Source of the DNA: Octopus sinensis
Lineage: Eukaryota
Reading direction: 5' to 3'
Length of the DNA: 64,000 nt
Assembly (NCBI RefSeq): GCF_006345805.1
Contig: NC_042999.1
Location: 79,112,001 to 79,176,000, forward strand
Part shown: piece after piece, positions 12,981-26,528 of the stretch
How the letters are laid out: the number at the start of each line of letters is the position of its first letter
How positions within the stretch are numbered: position 1 is the first letter of the stretch
Program-made: the position numbers and the translations under genes
Notes under the pieces: model-generated
The model's database searches: none
What the model saw: the letters and a program-made list of their open reading frames with translations, nothing else
What the model was told of the DNA's origin: nothing

Positions 12981-13158
12981 GTGTGCGTATGTGTATGCGT
13001 TTGCGTGCCTGTGTTTGTCTCCCCACCATCACTTGACAACCAATGCTTTGTGTTTACGTCCCCGTAGCCTAGCGGTTCGGTAAAAGACCCCGATACAATA
13101 AGTACTAGACATCAGTCAAATGACCGAAACAAGTAAAGGACTAAAAGAATAAAAGAAT
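12740..13158 (+). mobile_element. SINE family A
   Basis: Homologous to 8659-9069 with an internal deletion. Confidence 0.8.
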
Positions 13159-13769
13159 ATATTTACCTGTGTGTGTCTACGTAATTGTACGTTTGTGTAT
13201 AATATATACACACATACATGTTTGTATGTGTATGAGTGTGTATGTATGTATTATGTATGTATGCATATATGTCGGTCTGTCTGTCTGTATGCATGTATGT
13301 GGGTATGCGCATGTGTATGTATGTATGTATGTATGTATGTATGTTTGTATGTATGTATGTATGACGTATAGTCATTCTTCGGTAGCTCTGTTTTCTCTAA
13401 ATAACCCAAGATTTAGGGATACAAAATTATGCTCAATATTTTTTCAATGTAAGATTTTCCCCGTCTGTTCCGTATTCAACTTGCTTCACTTCATTTGATC
13501 TCACTCCATCTCACTTAAATCCACCCCTCATCATATTTCAACTTTAAGGAGAGGAAGGACAACCATCCAATGAATTTTGTACTGAGTTGCTTTTCATCCC
13601 CATTCAAAAACCAATGCACGAAGAATATGGAAATACAATAGAAATATTTATGAAATACTTTACTGTATTCAGTCCATTTCAAATACTCCGAGGAAGTCAA
13701 GCAAATGACCGTCATAACAGCTTCTGTCCCCAACCTCTATGTTTAAAAACAAATAATAACATATAAAAA

Positions 13770-14336
13770 GGTCTGAAATTTTGGGAGAGGGGGTCAGTCA
13801 ATTAGATCGACCCCAGTACGCAACTGGTACTTAATTTATCGACCCCGAAAGGATGAAAGGCAAAGTCGACCCCGGCGGAATTTTAACTCAGAACATAAAG
13901 ACAGACGAAATACCTAAGTCTTTACTACCCACGAGGGGCTAAACACAGAAGGGACAAACAAGGACAGACAAACGGATTAAGTCGATTATATCGACCCCAG
14001 TGCGTAACTGGTACTTATTTAATCGACCCGAAAGGATGAAAGGCAAAATCGACCTTGGCGGAATTTGAACTCAGAACGTAACGGCAGACGAAATACCGTT
14101 AAACATTTCGCCCGGCGTGCTAACGTTTCTTATTTCTTTATTGCCCACAATGGGCTAAACATAGAGGGGACAAACAAGGAGAGACAAAGGGATTAAGTCG
14201 ATTACTTCGAGCCCAGTGCGTAACTGGTACTTTATTTATCGACCTCGGCGAAATTTGATCTCAGAATGTAACGGCAAACGAAATACCACTAAGCATTTCG
14301 CCCGGCGCGCTAACGTTTCTGCCAGCTCGCCGCCTT
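13770..14336 (-). mobile_element. SINE family B multimer
   Basis: Three repeated gtcga..cggcggaattt.aactcagaac modules; head aaggcggcgagctggcagaaacgttagc. Confidence 0.85.
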
Positions 14337-16813
14337 ATAAAATGTAAAATATTATAGAACAACTTTGTAAGCCTATCATATTGTTGTTGTCTTGTTACAT
14401 TGTTGCTGTTTAGATCCAAGTTAGAACCGATTTATGATCACAATTTCTTTCACCTTTGACTATCCCATCTTTTATTTTTCCTGATATAGTGTCTCTAGTA
14501 TCGCACTATCCAATGTGACCGTCTTTTGTTTGCAATAGTATAGAATGGTTTCGAGGAAATTTAGCTGGAATTCCTTGTAGCTTGAGCAACAACTCTTATG
14601 CATTTTTGATACAACAGTGCGTGACTGAATCGTTAGAGTTGTAGGCAAAATATTTTGTGATGTTTGAGTTACTTCACTGTAAGTTCTAGGTTCAAATCCT
14701 GCCCAGGCAGCGAATTGGCAGAGTTAGAGTATTTGAACAGAATACATCTTGGTATTTAATCTTACTGTCTCTGCTCTGAGTTCAAATTCCACCGAGGTCT
14801 ACATTGCCTTTCAACCTTTCGGGGTTGATAAATTAAGTACCAGATGCATACTGAGATCGACTGGCTCTTCCCCCAACATTTCGAGCCTTGTGCTTAGAGT
14901 AACAAAAAAAAAAAAAGACAATCTTCTTATATAAAACCATATATTTAAAACCACTCACTGTTTTTAAAATAAAAGAATAATCGATGAGAAAAAAATCCAT
15001 GGAAACAGTTTAAAGTAGTGGTTGGATGAATTGTTTGAGAGTCAGGCAGAGTACTGAGTTGTAATAGCGTACGTAGTTGATAAAACTAGCAGGATTCGAT
15101 TTACTAGAGACGAAATTATCAAAACTATTCTTAATGGCAGTGTCATAGCAAAACTACAAACTAATGACTACAAAGGAAAATAAATTAAATTAAATGTCTA
15201 AAATTTAATGAAATTTAATAAGTTTGACGGTCGAAGTTATGATGGTAGTAACTTTGTGAAAGAGAAAATGTATGGTGTTTATCATATATCCCGGCTTATC
15301 CGAGATAACACCACACCTGTAGCACATCACGCCCAGCTATTCTAAAGCAAATCATAAAATATATCGTAAGATTATTGGATGGCAGAATCAGTAGAGCAAC
15401 CGAGAAAATGTCATATGCTCTTTGGACCCGACATATGTGAGCTTAAATATTTCCTGGGTCGATTAAATCTGACGACGTACATCATTCCGAGGTCGATAGA
15501 AATAACACATATTAAGTAGTCAAATCTTGGGTTGATAAAATCAAATACCCTCTTTGAAGGCGATGCTCCAGTATGGTCGTAGCCTAATGTCTAATGTAAC
15601 AGAATGAAAAGAATAACCGAGTCAATAACATTCTGTACTTTACTTCATTTCACTTCATTCAAAACAAGTCTTAACATCGAAAAAGACAAAATAGGCGTCA
15701 CCAACAAAACCTCACCCTTACCCTCAAATACCCACTTTCTTTTCTCCCGTTGTCCTACTAATTTAAAAGCAAATAATAAAATACAATAACGTAGTAAAGT
15801 ATAAGATAATAACAGAAATGGTAGGCATCTTGTCTATGTAGGGAAAGCATTATTATTTCAAAGTGTAGACATTGTAGAGATAATTACAGTATAAATATTG
15901 GTGTTGCATTTCACATAGAGAATCTTTTATTACCCCAGGAGCTAAATTTCCAGTGACTAATCTCAATTATTATAAATAGTTAAGCTACTTGTCTTCAAGC
16001 AGCAGCATCAACTTACAAAAATAAAAATGGTCACTTCGAAATGTGTAATTGGTTTGAAAGCGAATTGGTTGAGTGGTGGTGGAGGTGATAGCGATGGTGA
16101 TGGTGATATGATGGTGATGGTGGTAGTTATGATGGTCGTGGTGTTGATAGCGGTGGTTATGATGGCTATGGTGATAGTTGTTGTTGTTGTGACGCTGGGG
16201 AAGGGGCTAGGGCGTAGATGTGGTGGTGGTGGAGGGGTGGGGGAGTAGACGGCAATCAGGAATTCCCATCAGCCAATCAAATAAAATAGAAAAAGAAAGA
16301 TAAACACGAACAAAAAGGATTGGGAAAAATGAAGGCGAAGGAGAAAGAAAGGTAGGATACGGAAGCCAAAGAAAACACGAAAGAGGAAAAAAGAAAGGAA
16401 CGAGGAAAGAAGGGAAAATTACAGAAAGAAAGAAGACACAGAATATTCTGAAATTCAAGAAATTTAAGTGTTTTCCAATAGTTTCATGACCTGCAAATAA
16501 TAATGTTGAAGTGATTTCGGGTAAGAATGGTAAGTACATGACGTTTAAATTTACCATTACTTCGGTTGCTTACTGAACTCTTTCGTCTTATTATATAAAC
16601 AGCAAGAAGGTTGCTCTTCTTTCCTCATGGGATGGGGGGGGGTCTACTTACGTATGCATATATGTATGTATGTATGTATGCATGTATGTATGAATGTATG
16701 TACGTATGTATGTAGGTACGTCTCTCTCTCCCTATATATATATATATATATATAATATACATACATATATATATATACATATACACATATATATAGTGCA
16801 TGTGCGTAATGAT

Positions 16814-16846
<33 letters not shown>

Positions 16847-16989
16847 GCATTATATGCATGTATATATATATATATTGTGTGTGTATACATGTATAATATA
16901 TATGTATATGTACATATATATATATATATTATATATATATATATATTGTATATAATATATTATATATATTATATATATATATATATATC

Positions 16990-17212
16990 CAAAGCGATCA
17001 GAGGTACTTGCCGAGCCATAGACACATAAGGCCAGTTTCCGGGGGTCTTTGACGTATATATTCCCCTTCCGTTGACTGCTGAATGGACTGGAGTAACGCG
17101 AAATGAAGTGCCTTGCTCAAGAACTCAATGCATTGCTCATTTCAGGAATCGAAATCACAATCGTATGATCATGAATGCAACACCCTAACCAATTAGCCAC
17201 TCGTCTCCTCCT
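16990..17212 (-). mobile_element. SINE family C head/core with a third tail (duplicated at ~19693-19920)
   Basis: Head ggaggagacgagtggctaattggttagggtgttgcattcatgatcatacg; core cttgagcaaggcacttcatttc. Confidence 0.75.
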
Positions 17213-17247
17213 ATATATATATATATATAGATACATAAATATATATG

Positions 17248-17287
<40 letters not shown>

Positions 17288-17292
17288 ATATA

Positions 17293-17346
<54 letters not shown>

Positions 17347-17367
17347 CTATATATATATATATATATA

Positions 17368-17467
17368 NNNNNNNNNNNNNNNNNNNNNNNNNNNNNNNNN
17401 NNNNNNNNNNNNNNNNNNNNNNNNNNNNNNNNNNNNNNNNNNNNNNNNNNNNNNNNNNNNNNNNNNN
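17368..17467. other. Assembly gap (100 N)
   Basis: Run of exactly 100 n. Confidence 0.99.
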
Positions 17468-19632
17468 CTTACTGTCTCTGCTCTGAGTTCAAATTCCACC
17501 GAGGTCTACATGCCTTTCAACCTTTCGGGGTTGATAAATTAAGTACCAGATGCATACTGAGATCGACTGGCTCTTCCCCCAACATTTCGAGCCTTGTGCT
17601 TAGAGTAACAAAAAAAAAAAAAAGACAATCTTCTTATATAAAACCATATATTTAAAACCACTCACTGTTTTTAAAATAAAAGAATAATCGATGAGAAAAA
17701 AATCCATGGAAACAGTTTAAAGTAGTGGTTGGATGAATTGTTTGAGAGTCAGGCAGAGTACTGAGTTGTAATAGCGTACGTAGTTGATAAAACTAGCAGG
17801 ATTCGATTTACTAGAGACGAAATTATCAAAACTATTCTTAATGGCAGTGTCATAGCAAAACTACAAACTAATGACTACAAAGGAAAATAAATTAAATTAA
17901 ATGTCTAAAATTTAATGAAATTTAATAAGTTTGACGGTCGAAGTTATGATGGTAGTAACTTTGTGAAAGAGAAAATGTATGGTGTTTATCATATATCCCG
18001 GCTTATCCGAGATAACACCACACCTGTAGCACATCACGCCCAGCTATTCTAAAGCAAATCATAAAATATATCGTAAGATTATTGGATGGCAGAATCAGTA
18101 GAGCAACCGAGAAAATGTCATATGCTCTTTGGACCCGACATATGTGAGCTTAAATATTTCCTGGGTCGATTAAATCTGACGACGTACATCATTCCGAGGT
18201 CGATAGAAATAACACATATTAAGTAGTCAAATCTTGGGTTGATAAAATCAAATACCCTCTTTGAAGGCGATGCTCCAGTATGGTCGTAGCCTAATGTCTA
18301 ATGTAACAGAATGAAAAGAATAACCGAGTCAATAACATTCTGTACTTTACTTCATTTCACTTCATTCAAAACAAGTCTTAACATCGAAAAAGACAAAATA
18401 GGCGTCACCAACAAAACCTCACCCTTACCCTCAAATACCCACTTTCTTTTCTCCCGTTGTCCTACTAATTTAAAAGCAAATAATAAAATACAATAACGTA
18501 GTAAAGTATAAGATAATAACAGAAATGGTAGGCATCTTGTCTATGTAGGGAAAGCATTATTATTTCAAAGTGTAGACATTGTAGAGATAATTACAGTATA
18601 AATATTGGTGTTGCATTTCACATAGAGAATCTTTTATTACCCCAGGAGCTAAATTTCCAGTGACTAATCTCAATTATTATAAATAGTTAAGCTACTTGTC
18701 TTCAAGCAGCAGCATCAACTTACAAAAATAAAAATGGTCACTTCGAAATGTGTAATTGGTTTGAAAGCGAATTGGTTGAGTGGTGGTGGAGGTGATAGCG
18801 ATGGTGATGGTGATGATGATGGTGATGGTGGTAGTTATGATGGTCGTGGTGTTGATAGCGGTGGTTATGATGGCTATGGTGATAGTTGTTGTTGTTGTGA
18901 CGCTGGGGAAGGGGCTAGGGCGTAGATGTGGTGGTGGTGGAGGGGTGGGGGAGTAGACGGCAATCAGGAATTCCCATCAGCCAATCAAATAAAATAGAAA
19001 AAGAAAGATAAACACGAACAAAAAGGATTGGGAAAAATGAAGGCGAAGGAGAAAGAAAGGTAGGAAAGACGGAAGCCAAAGAAAACACGAAAGAAGGAAA
19101 AAAGAAAGGAACGAAGGAAAGAAGGGAAAAATTACAGAAAGAAAGAAGACACAGAATATTCTGAAATTCAAGAAATTTAAGTGTTTTCCAATAGTTTCAT
19201 GACCTGCAAATAATAATGTTGAAGTGATTTCGGGTAAGAATGGTAAGTACATGACGTTTAAATTTACCATTACTTCGGTTGCTTACTGAACTCTTTCGTC
19301 TTATTATATAAACAGCAAGAAGGTTGCTCTTCTTTCCTCATGGGATGGGGGGGGGTCTACTTACGTATGCATATATGTATGTATGTATGTATGCTGATGT
19401 ATGAAGGTATGTACGTATGTATGTAGGTACGTCCTCTCTCTCCTATATATATATATATAATATATAACATACATAGATATATATACATATACACATATAT
19501 ATATGTGCATGTGGTATGATCGTGTGTGTATATATCTATATATATATATATATGCATTATATGCATATTATATATATATATGTGTGTGGTGTATACATGT
19601 ATATATATATGTATATGTACATATATATATAG

Positions 19633-19694
<62 letters not shown>

Positions 19695-20107
19695 CAAAAG
19701 CGATCAGAGGTACTTGCGAGCCATAGACACATAAGGCCCAGTTTCCGGGGGTCTTTGACGTATATATTCCCCTTCCGTTGACTGCTGAATGGACTGGAGT
19801 AACGCGAAATGAAGTGCCTTGCTCAAGAACTCTCAAGCATTGCTCATTTCAGGAATCGAAATCACAATCGTATGATCATGAATGCAAACACCCTAACCAA
19901 TTAGCCACTCGTCTCCTCCTATATATAGATATCTATAGATACATAAATATATATGTATTACACAACACAACACACACACACCACACACATGATAATAAAT
20001 AATATATATATATAATATTATATATTATAAATACATATATATATATATATGATATATATATATATAATATATATTGTTATATTTCGGATTGGTCATATTG
20101 CCAGTTT

Positions 20108-21301
20108 AGACCCCTCATACGCACTTATACTCTCTCATACACACACACACACACTTATACATACTAATACGTACTAATACATACTAATACATACTAATAC
20201 ATACACCAACCCCATACATACGCACGTCCAGACCAATCCTACGCACTAATACTCTCTCATACACGCACACACACACACACACAACAATCTTGCACAACAA
20301 ATATTTAAACGTATATATATATACATATATATATATGCATATATACATATGTATATGTATATACTTACATCTATACGTCTTCCCTCTTTCTCCCTCCCTC
20401 CTTCCCTCTTCCCCTTCCCTCTGCTCCCTCACTCCCTCTCTCCCCTTCTCTCTCCCCCTCTCCCTCTTTCCTCCTTCCTCCCCCTCCTCCCCTTCCTTCT
20501 CCCCCTCCTCTCTCTCCCCCTCCTCTCCTCTTCCCCCTCTCCTCCCCATCTTCTTCCCCTCCCCTTCTCTCCCCCTCTTCTCCTCCTCTCTCCCTCTTCT
20601 CCTCACTACACCACACGACTTTACACATCACATCATATATGATGTGCCATACTAATACATACACCAACTAATACATACTATACGTACTAATACATACTAA
20701 TACATACTAATACATACACCAACCCTATACATACCACGTCCAGACCCCTCATACGCCACTTATACTCTCTCATACACACACACACCCACTTATACATACT
20801 ACTATACTACTAATACATACTATACTACTAATACATACACCAACCCCATACTACGCACGTCCAGACCAATCCTACGCACTAATACTCTCTCATACACGCA
20901 CACACACACACACACACACCCTTATACAAATAAATACATACACCAACCCTATACATACACCGTCCAGACCCCTCCTACGCCTATTAGCTGGTCCTTCTAC
21001 CCTATTATCAACCCTATTATCAACCCTATTATCTCCCCTTATTTCGCTCTCGCGTCTCATGTTTGATCTTTGACCTCTCGCCGAAATCAGATCGCCATGT
21101 TGATTCGTTAGCTACTGCACGCATTTTTTTCTCTCCTTCTTTCTGTGTTTTTTTTTCTCTCTGTGTATCTTTCTGTTGAAGAGCGTAGGCTCGAAACGTT
21201 AAAGACTTGTTTATTATATTTCCTGAGCGCCATACTAATACAATTGTTCGTTTGTTTTCCACCTGCCTTCGTCTTTTGTCTATTTTCATAAAGCTTCCCG
21301 T
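20108..21301 (+). mobile_element. Minimal-HHR repeat (inverted relative to the 7621 copy), interrupted by a pyrimidine tract
   Basis: ctaatacatacaccaaccccatacata..cacgtccagacc units followed by the unique HHR-bearing part. Confidence 0.7.
21168..21205 (+). ncRNA. Minimal type I hammerhead-like motif (variant core CUGUUGA)
   Basis: TCTTT-CTGTTGA-A-GAGC-gtag-GCTC-GAAA-CG-TT-AAAGA; palindromic ACGT in place of stem III. Confidence 0.55.
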
Positions 21302-21354
21302 TTATATATATATATTATATATACTATATATATATATATATATATATATTGTAT

Positions 21355-22010
21355 ATGCCCTCTATAAATATAAATGAATATTTTCAAGTGAAAAAAATAT
21401 TTTCGGATTTTTTCTCTTATGAGGTTTTTCACGCTAACTACCTGATAATTTCTTGTTAAGATTTCCTTATTAAGATTTTATCCTTAATTGTTAAATTATA
21501 TATATATAATTTATATATAGAGGACATTATTATACATACATGCCACACGCTTAAGAGGGACAAAATTAGTCATTTCTACCAAAAATTTTACTAATCCCCC
21601 GAATGCAATTTTCAAAGTAAGACATTTAAAAAATATGGACTTGTATCACCTGTGATTTCATACTCTGTATTCATCAGCAAGTCTGGACGCATCATAAATA
21701 AACGAACCCAACTCGTCTAAAGCCGAGCACTATCTGATCAACTTCAACGAAGAACATGGGTGGGTTTACATATTTACATCCGTAAATCGCAGACTTTTAC
21801 GAATTGCATTTCGGGAAAGGAAAGGTTTTTTTCGGAATAAAAATTTAGCAATTATGGACAACTTCTTAATAAGGAAACTTAATAACAAGAAATTATCGGG
21901 TAGATAGCGTGAAAAACCTCATAAAAGAAAAAATTTCGAAAATAATTCTTTCTTATTGAACATATTAATTTATATATAGAGGGCATTATTATACATACAT
22001 GCCACACGCT
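21355..22010 (-). mobile_element. Penelope-like pseudo-LTR structure / retrozyme-like unit carrying an HHR
   Basis: 45-bp direct repeats 21507-21551 and 21966-22010 (459-bp period); ~143-bp inverted copy 21355-21497 vs 21842-21986; HHR inside; (TA)n on both sides. Confidence 0.6.
21638..21683 (-). ncRNA. Complete type I hammerhead ribozyme
   Basis: Minus strand GACTTG-CTGATGA-ATAC-aga-GTAT-GAAA-TCAC-ag-GTGA-TA^-CAAGTC; all three stems are Watson-Crick paired and the core is intact. Confidence 0.8.
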
Positions 22011-22039
22011 ATATATATATATATATATATATATAGATA

Positions 22040-22628
22040 TGTATGTATGTATATATATATGCATAGGTGGACACAGGACGTCACGAAACGTGTACAACAA
22101 AATAATACGAAGTACGAGAATATGGAATATGAACTATTTTTTCGAACAACGAAAGACACAAATGGAAAACAAGACGAACAATATAAAGAACACCCTTCAT
22201 CAGTTGTAGTCTGTTTTTTTTTGCTCTCGTATTTCGATCATTTAACAACAATATATGCTTTCAATAAAACAGTTGCTCTCGTTAAGCAAATTAAATAAAA
22301 TTTGGGATTTTGTGGAGGGTCAAACAGAACAGTGAAAACAAACAAGGGAGGGCTGCTAAGCTTCAAGATTTCAGGATCCAAATTTCAGTGTTTAGTTTGC
22401 AATGAAGAGAATTTGGGTGTTGTACAGACTGAGGTTGTCCGACTGGTCAATATCCTGCTTGCTCCAGATCGATGGTAAGCCAGTATCCAGTTTGCTACAG
22501 ATCGGTGGTAAGCGCGTATATAAATAATATTATACTTATGACAGTCTAATAAAATCCTATCGTTTATCATTACACACTGGTATGTTGGATATACGTAATA
22601 AGTCCCCATACAAAGTGCACGTTACAAA

Positions 22629-22630
<2 letters not shown>
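22040..22630 (-). mobile_element. Same repeat family (copy 2)
   Basis: Shares gcttagca..cc..tgtttgttttca..tgaccctcc.caaaatcc.aaat.ttatttaatttgctta with copy 1; bounded by (TA)n. Confidence 0.6.
22193..22257 (-). ncRNA. Decayed non-circularly permuted hammerhead
   Basis: Minus strand CATAT-A^-TTGT...GATC-GAAA-TACG-(20 nt)-ACAA-CTGATGA-A-GGG; mismatches in stems II and III; flanks homologous to the 5620 copy. Confidence 0.55.
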
Positions 22631-22680
<50 letters not shown>

Positions 22681-23263
22681 TATATAAATGTCATATGAAA
22701 TTTGGTCGACGAATAAAAAGATGTACGCAATACATGTTGAAGAGTTGATAACTTAATGAATCTGAATGTTTATATCCGGAATTCAGTTTCACGCTAGCAC
22801 GATCTTCAGGCGAGTACTGTTACAACTTGGTTCTGGTGTTATAATTATAGTGGTTGAAATGTGTGTTTCTTCACCGGTTTTCTCTTTACGTTTGCTAAGA
22901 GATATTTTTCTCTCTCTTGTAGTACTTTTTGTTGTGTAGTCTTTATTTTTATAACTCCACCTCAGTTTCACATTCATCCCATACCAGTGTAAAATACTTT
23001 GAGAATCTACATAGAAGGGATGATCAAAAAAATTTGCTTGTAATACTATTATTTCAAAAAAAATCAATAACAAATAAAAACCATTGTACTAAATCCTTTG
23101 ATTAATTATGCATGAAATTCATCATATAGTTAAATCTAACAAGAACATTTTCATCCATCTAAGTCCTCAAAAATGACTCAATGAAGGAACGTTCAAGCTA
23201 TATTCATTATGGTCGAACGTGCATTGAATAAGATTTGTATATTGTGACATAAGTATATACAAA

Positions 23264-23304
<41 letters not shown>

Positions 23305-23358
23305 CACACACACACAACACACACACACACACAAACAAACATACACATGCATACATGT

Positions 23359-23521
23359 AGGCGCAGTTGTGGTTGCGTGATAAGAAGCTTGTCCCGCTAC
23401 CATATGTTTCCGGGTTCAGTCCCACTGCATGGTACCTTGAGCAAGTGTCTTCTGGTATAGCCTCGTGCCTTGTGAGTGGCTTTGGTAGACGGAAACTGTA
23501 AGAAACCCATCGTACATATAT

Positions 23522-23579
<58 letters not shown>

Positions 23580-24275
23580 TGAGTATGTGTGTGTGTGTGC
23601 GCCCGGTCATGTGTGCATTCTGACTGTTGTGTGTGTGTGTGTGTTTGTGTGTGTCTGTGCCTGCGTTTACGTCCCCGTAACTTAGCGGTAGAACAAGTAC
23701 TGGACTTTAAAAATATGTCCCGGAGAAGATTCGTTCAACTAAAACCCTTCAAAGTGATGCCCTAGCATGGCTGCATTCAAATTAACTGAAACAAATAAGA
23801 AAAAAAGAGAGAAAATATATAAATATATAGAGTAGCTGTGTGGTAAGTAGTTTGCTTACCAACCACATGATTCTGCGTTCAGTCCCACTTCGTGGCTGAC
23901 TAGAGCCTTGTCAGTGGATTTGGTAGACGGAAACTGAAAGAAGCTCGTTGTATATATATATATATATATATTATAATATTATATATATATATATATATTT
24001 ATATGTGCGTGCGCGCGCGCGCTTGTGTGCGTGTGTGTGTGTATGTGTATGTGTGTGTGCATATGCTTGTGTGTCTGTATTTGCCCCTACCGTCGATTGA
24101 TAACCAATGTTGGTGTGTTTATGTTCCCGTAATTTAGCGTTTCGGCAAAAAAAAAAAAAAAAACCGATAGAATATGAACTGGTTTACAAACAGTATGTCC
24201 TGGGGCCGATTTGATCCAACTAAAGGCGGTGCTCCAGCATAGCTGCAGTCAAAATGACAAATAAAAGAATAAAAT
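23359..24275 (+). mobile_element. Two tandem SINE family A copies
   Basis: Copies at ~23359-23810 and ~23830-24275. Confidence 0.8.
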
Positions 24276-24277
24276 AA

Positions 24278-24542
24278 TATATATGGAAGATACTGGAAGG
24301 ACTGGTACCAAACTTTGGAATAAAGAGCTATACCAGACCATGAACAGGACGTCACTGTGCTGTCCCTACTGTGCCGACTGCTTCATCTCGGGCAAGGACG
24401 ATGTACTGCAATAGCTTGGATTTCAAGAGCCCACAGCTGTTTAACTGTCTGCCGAAGCATCTGAGGAGCTTCCATGGAGTGGATTTAGATGTTTTCAAAC
24501 GTGAACTTGACCTCTGGCTCACCGGGATCCCGGATGAGCCAA
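24278..24542 (+). pseudogene. CR1/L2-group LINE ORF2 3' fragment
   Basis: IWKILEGLVPNFGI...PQLFNCLPKHLR...FKRELDLWLTGIPDEP; homologous to 6810-7075. Confidence 0.8.
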
Positions 24543-24674
24543 TATATTCCTATAAATACAGTGTACAATTAAACAAATAAGAGGTATCCTTCATAGGATT
24601 CTTTTCAGGCTATGAAGGCTACCTCTTATGTGTTTAAATGTACACTGTATATATATATATATATATTTAATTTT

Positions 24675-24975
24675 TTATTTATGCGCCCTTCTCAAGCCTA
24701 GCCAGGCTCATGGGCCCGGTTTCCAGGTTTCTATGGCGTATGTGTTCCCCCCCAGCTGAACGGGACGTCACTCCATCGCAGCGTTACTCAAGAAACAGGA
24801 AGAAAGAGTTGGAGCGAAAGAGTACAACAGGGGTTGCCACCACCCCGTACCGGAGCCTCGTGGATCTTTTAGGTGTTTTCACTCAATAAACACACGCAAC
24901 GCCCGGTCTGGGAATCAAAACAGCGATCCTCCGACCGCGAGTCCGCTGCCCTAAACACTGGGCCATTCCGCCTAC
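24675..24975 (-). mobile_element. tRNA-derived SINE sharing its 3' tail with 48381
   Basis: Tail tgagtaacgctgcgatgga..gggcccatgagc.tggctaggctt..gaagggcgcat is shared; head and middle differ. Confidence 0.8.
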
Positions 24976-25251
24976 ACACAGACACACACACGGCTGGTTT
25001 TGAACTCAAACATAAAGATCGATAACACAATATGGCAAAACATTTTTTCCTAGACGATGTGACAATTCTTTTAATCCATCGCGCTTATATTCATCGTAAT
25101 AGGAATATGTAAATTCCCTACTTGTGGAAACAACCATATCTACAAACGCTGCCTCTCCCTAAAATGTGGCATAAATATTGGGTTAGTACGTCATAACGCA
25201 TGGAGTATGTTAGAATCTTAGTTCTTTCTGCATTATGATGGTTCATTCTAA

Positions 25252-25425
25252 TCTTCTTCTTCTTCTTCTTCTTCTTCTTCTTCTTCTTCTTCTTCTTCTT
25301 CTTCTTCTTCTTCTTCTTCTCTTCTTCTTCTTCTTCTTCTTCTTCTTCTTCTTCTTCTTCTCTCTTGCTGCTCTGTCTTCTTTGCTGCTGTTCTTCTCTG
25401 CCTGCTCTAACTGCTGCTAGCTGCT

Positions 25426-25487
<62 letters not shown>

Positions 25488-25493
25488 CTACTA
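25252..25493. repeat. (TTC)n and (CTA)n microsatellites
   Basis: Direct inspection. Confidence 0.95.
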
Positions 25494-25873
25494 CAATCAC
25501 AACAACTATTATTACAAGTTCTTTCTGTTCTTACATCATCACAACTACCACAAAGTTCCCGACGACGATCACCATTACCTCCATTACCATACCAACATCC
25601 TCCTCCTCCTCCTCCTCATCATCATCATTTTCATCATGCCGAGCAACAGTAATTACAAATTTGCTGTTTTCTTTGGGTTGTTCTTTTGGTATTTGTTTCT
25701 CTTTATTTGTGTTGGGTGCGAAAAATCCTTTCAAAGGTCATCCTCTTTCTGATATCCTTATAGACATATTTATATTCATTAGAGAGTAATGTTTTTTTCG
25801 TTTCTCTCAATTTTCTTTTCTTTTCTAGATTTCTTTCATGTAGATTTTGGGATATTGAGTATTTGTGAGAGAT

Positions 25874-25951
<78 letters not shown>

Positions 25952-25974
25952 GATATATCTATATTTATATATAT

Positions 25975-26032
<58 letters not shown>

Positions 26033-26339
26033 GCATGCATGTATGTATATATATATATAGCGAGGGAATGTCGCTTGATTTACATACATTGCTTGATTTA
26101 TATACATTGCAAGCAGAAGTTACTGCCATCTCTAGCGGACAAGGTGGTGCAATTTTAAGGACAGGGTTAAAAAAAAAGAAAGAAGCTTGGTCTGCTGGTC
26201 CCTTCTCTAGAAGGTGGTAGAGGTTTGCTCCCCTGCTCGCAATATATCGGATGCAGGTTGCAGGGTTGCATCGTTAACCAGCTACAGAAAATATCCTCTT
26301 GGGGTTAACGTCCGTTCGAACAGAACAGCCATGTAAAAT

Positions 26340-26374
<35 letters not shown>

Positions 26375-26490
26375 TATAGATGTGCACGTACATATGCACA
26401 TATATATAAAGCGTACTTACGTCCATATATACAAGCGAGACAAGTTTGTCACAGTAAAAGTGAAAGAGAGAGCAAGAGAATAGATAGAAC

Positions 26491-26528
<38 letters not shown>

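Larger units (their letters stand above)
14761..20070. repeat. ~2.6-kb direct duplication (14761-17367 vs 17468-~20070) flanking an N gap
   Basis: Near-identical sequence at offset 2707; differences are mostly small indels in low-complexity tracts. Confidence 0.95.

Noticed and set aside
26123-26140. CTCF-like motif (ccgctagagatggcagta, minus strand)
   Set aside because: Imperfect match inside a probable repeat; cannot be supported from sequence alone.
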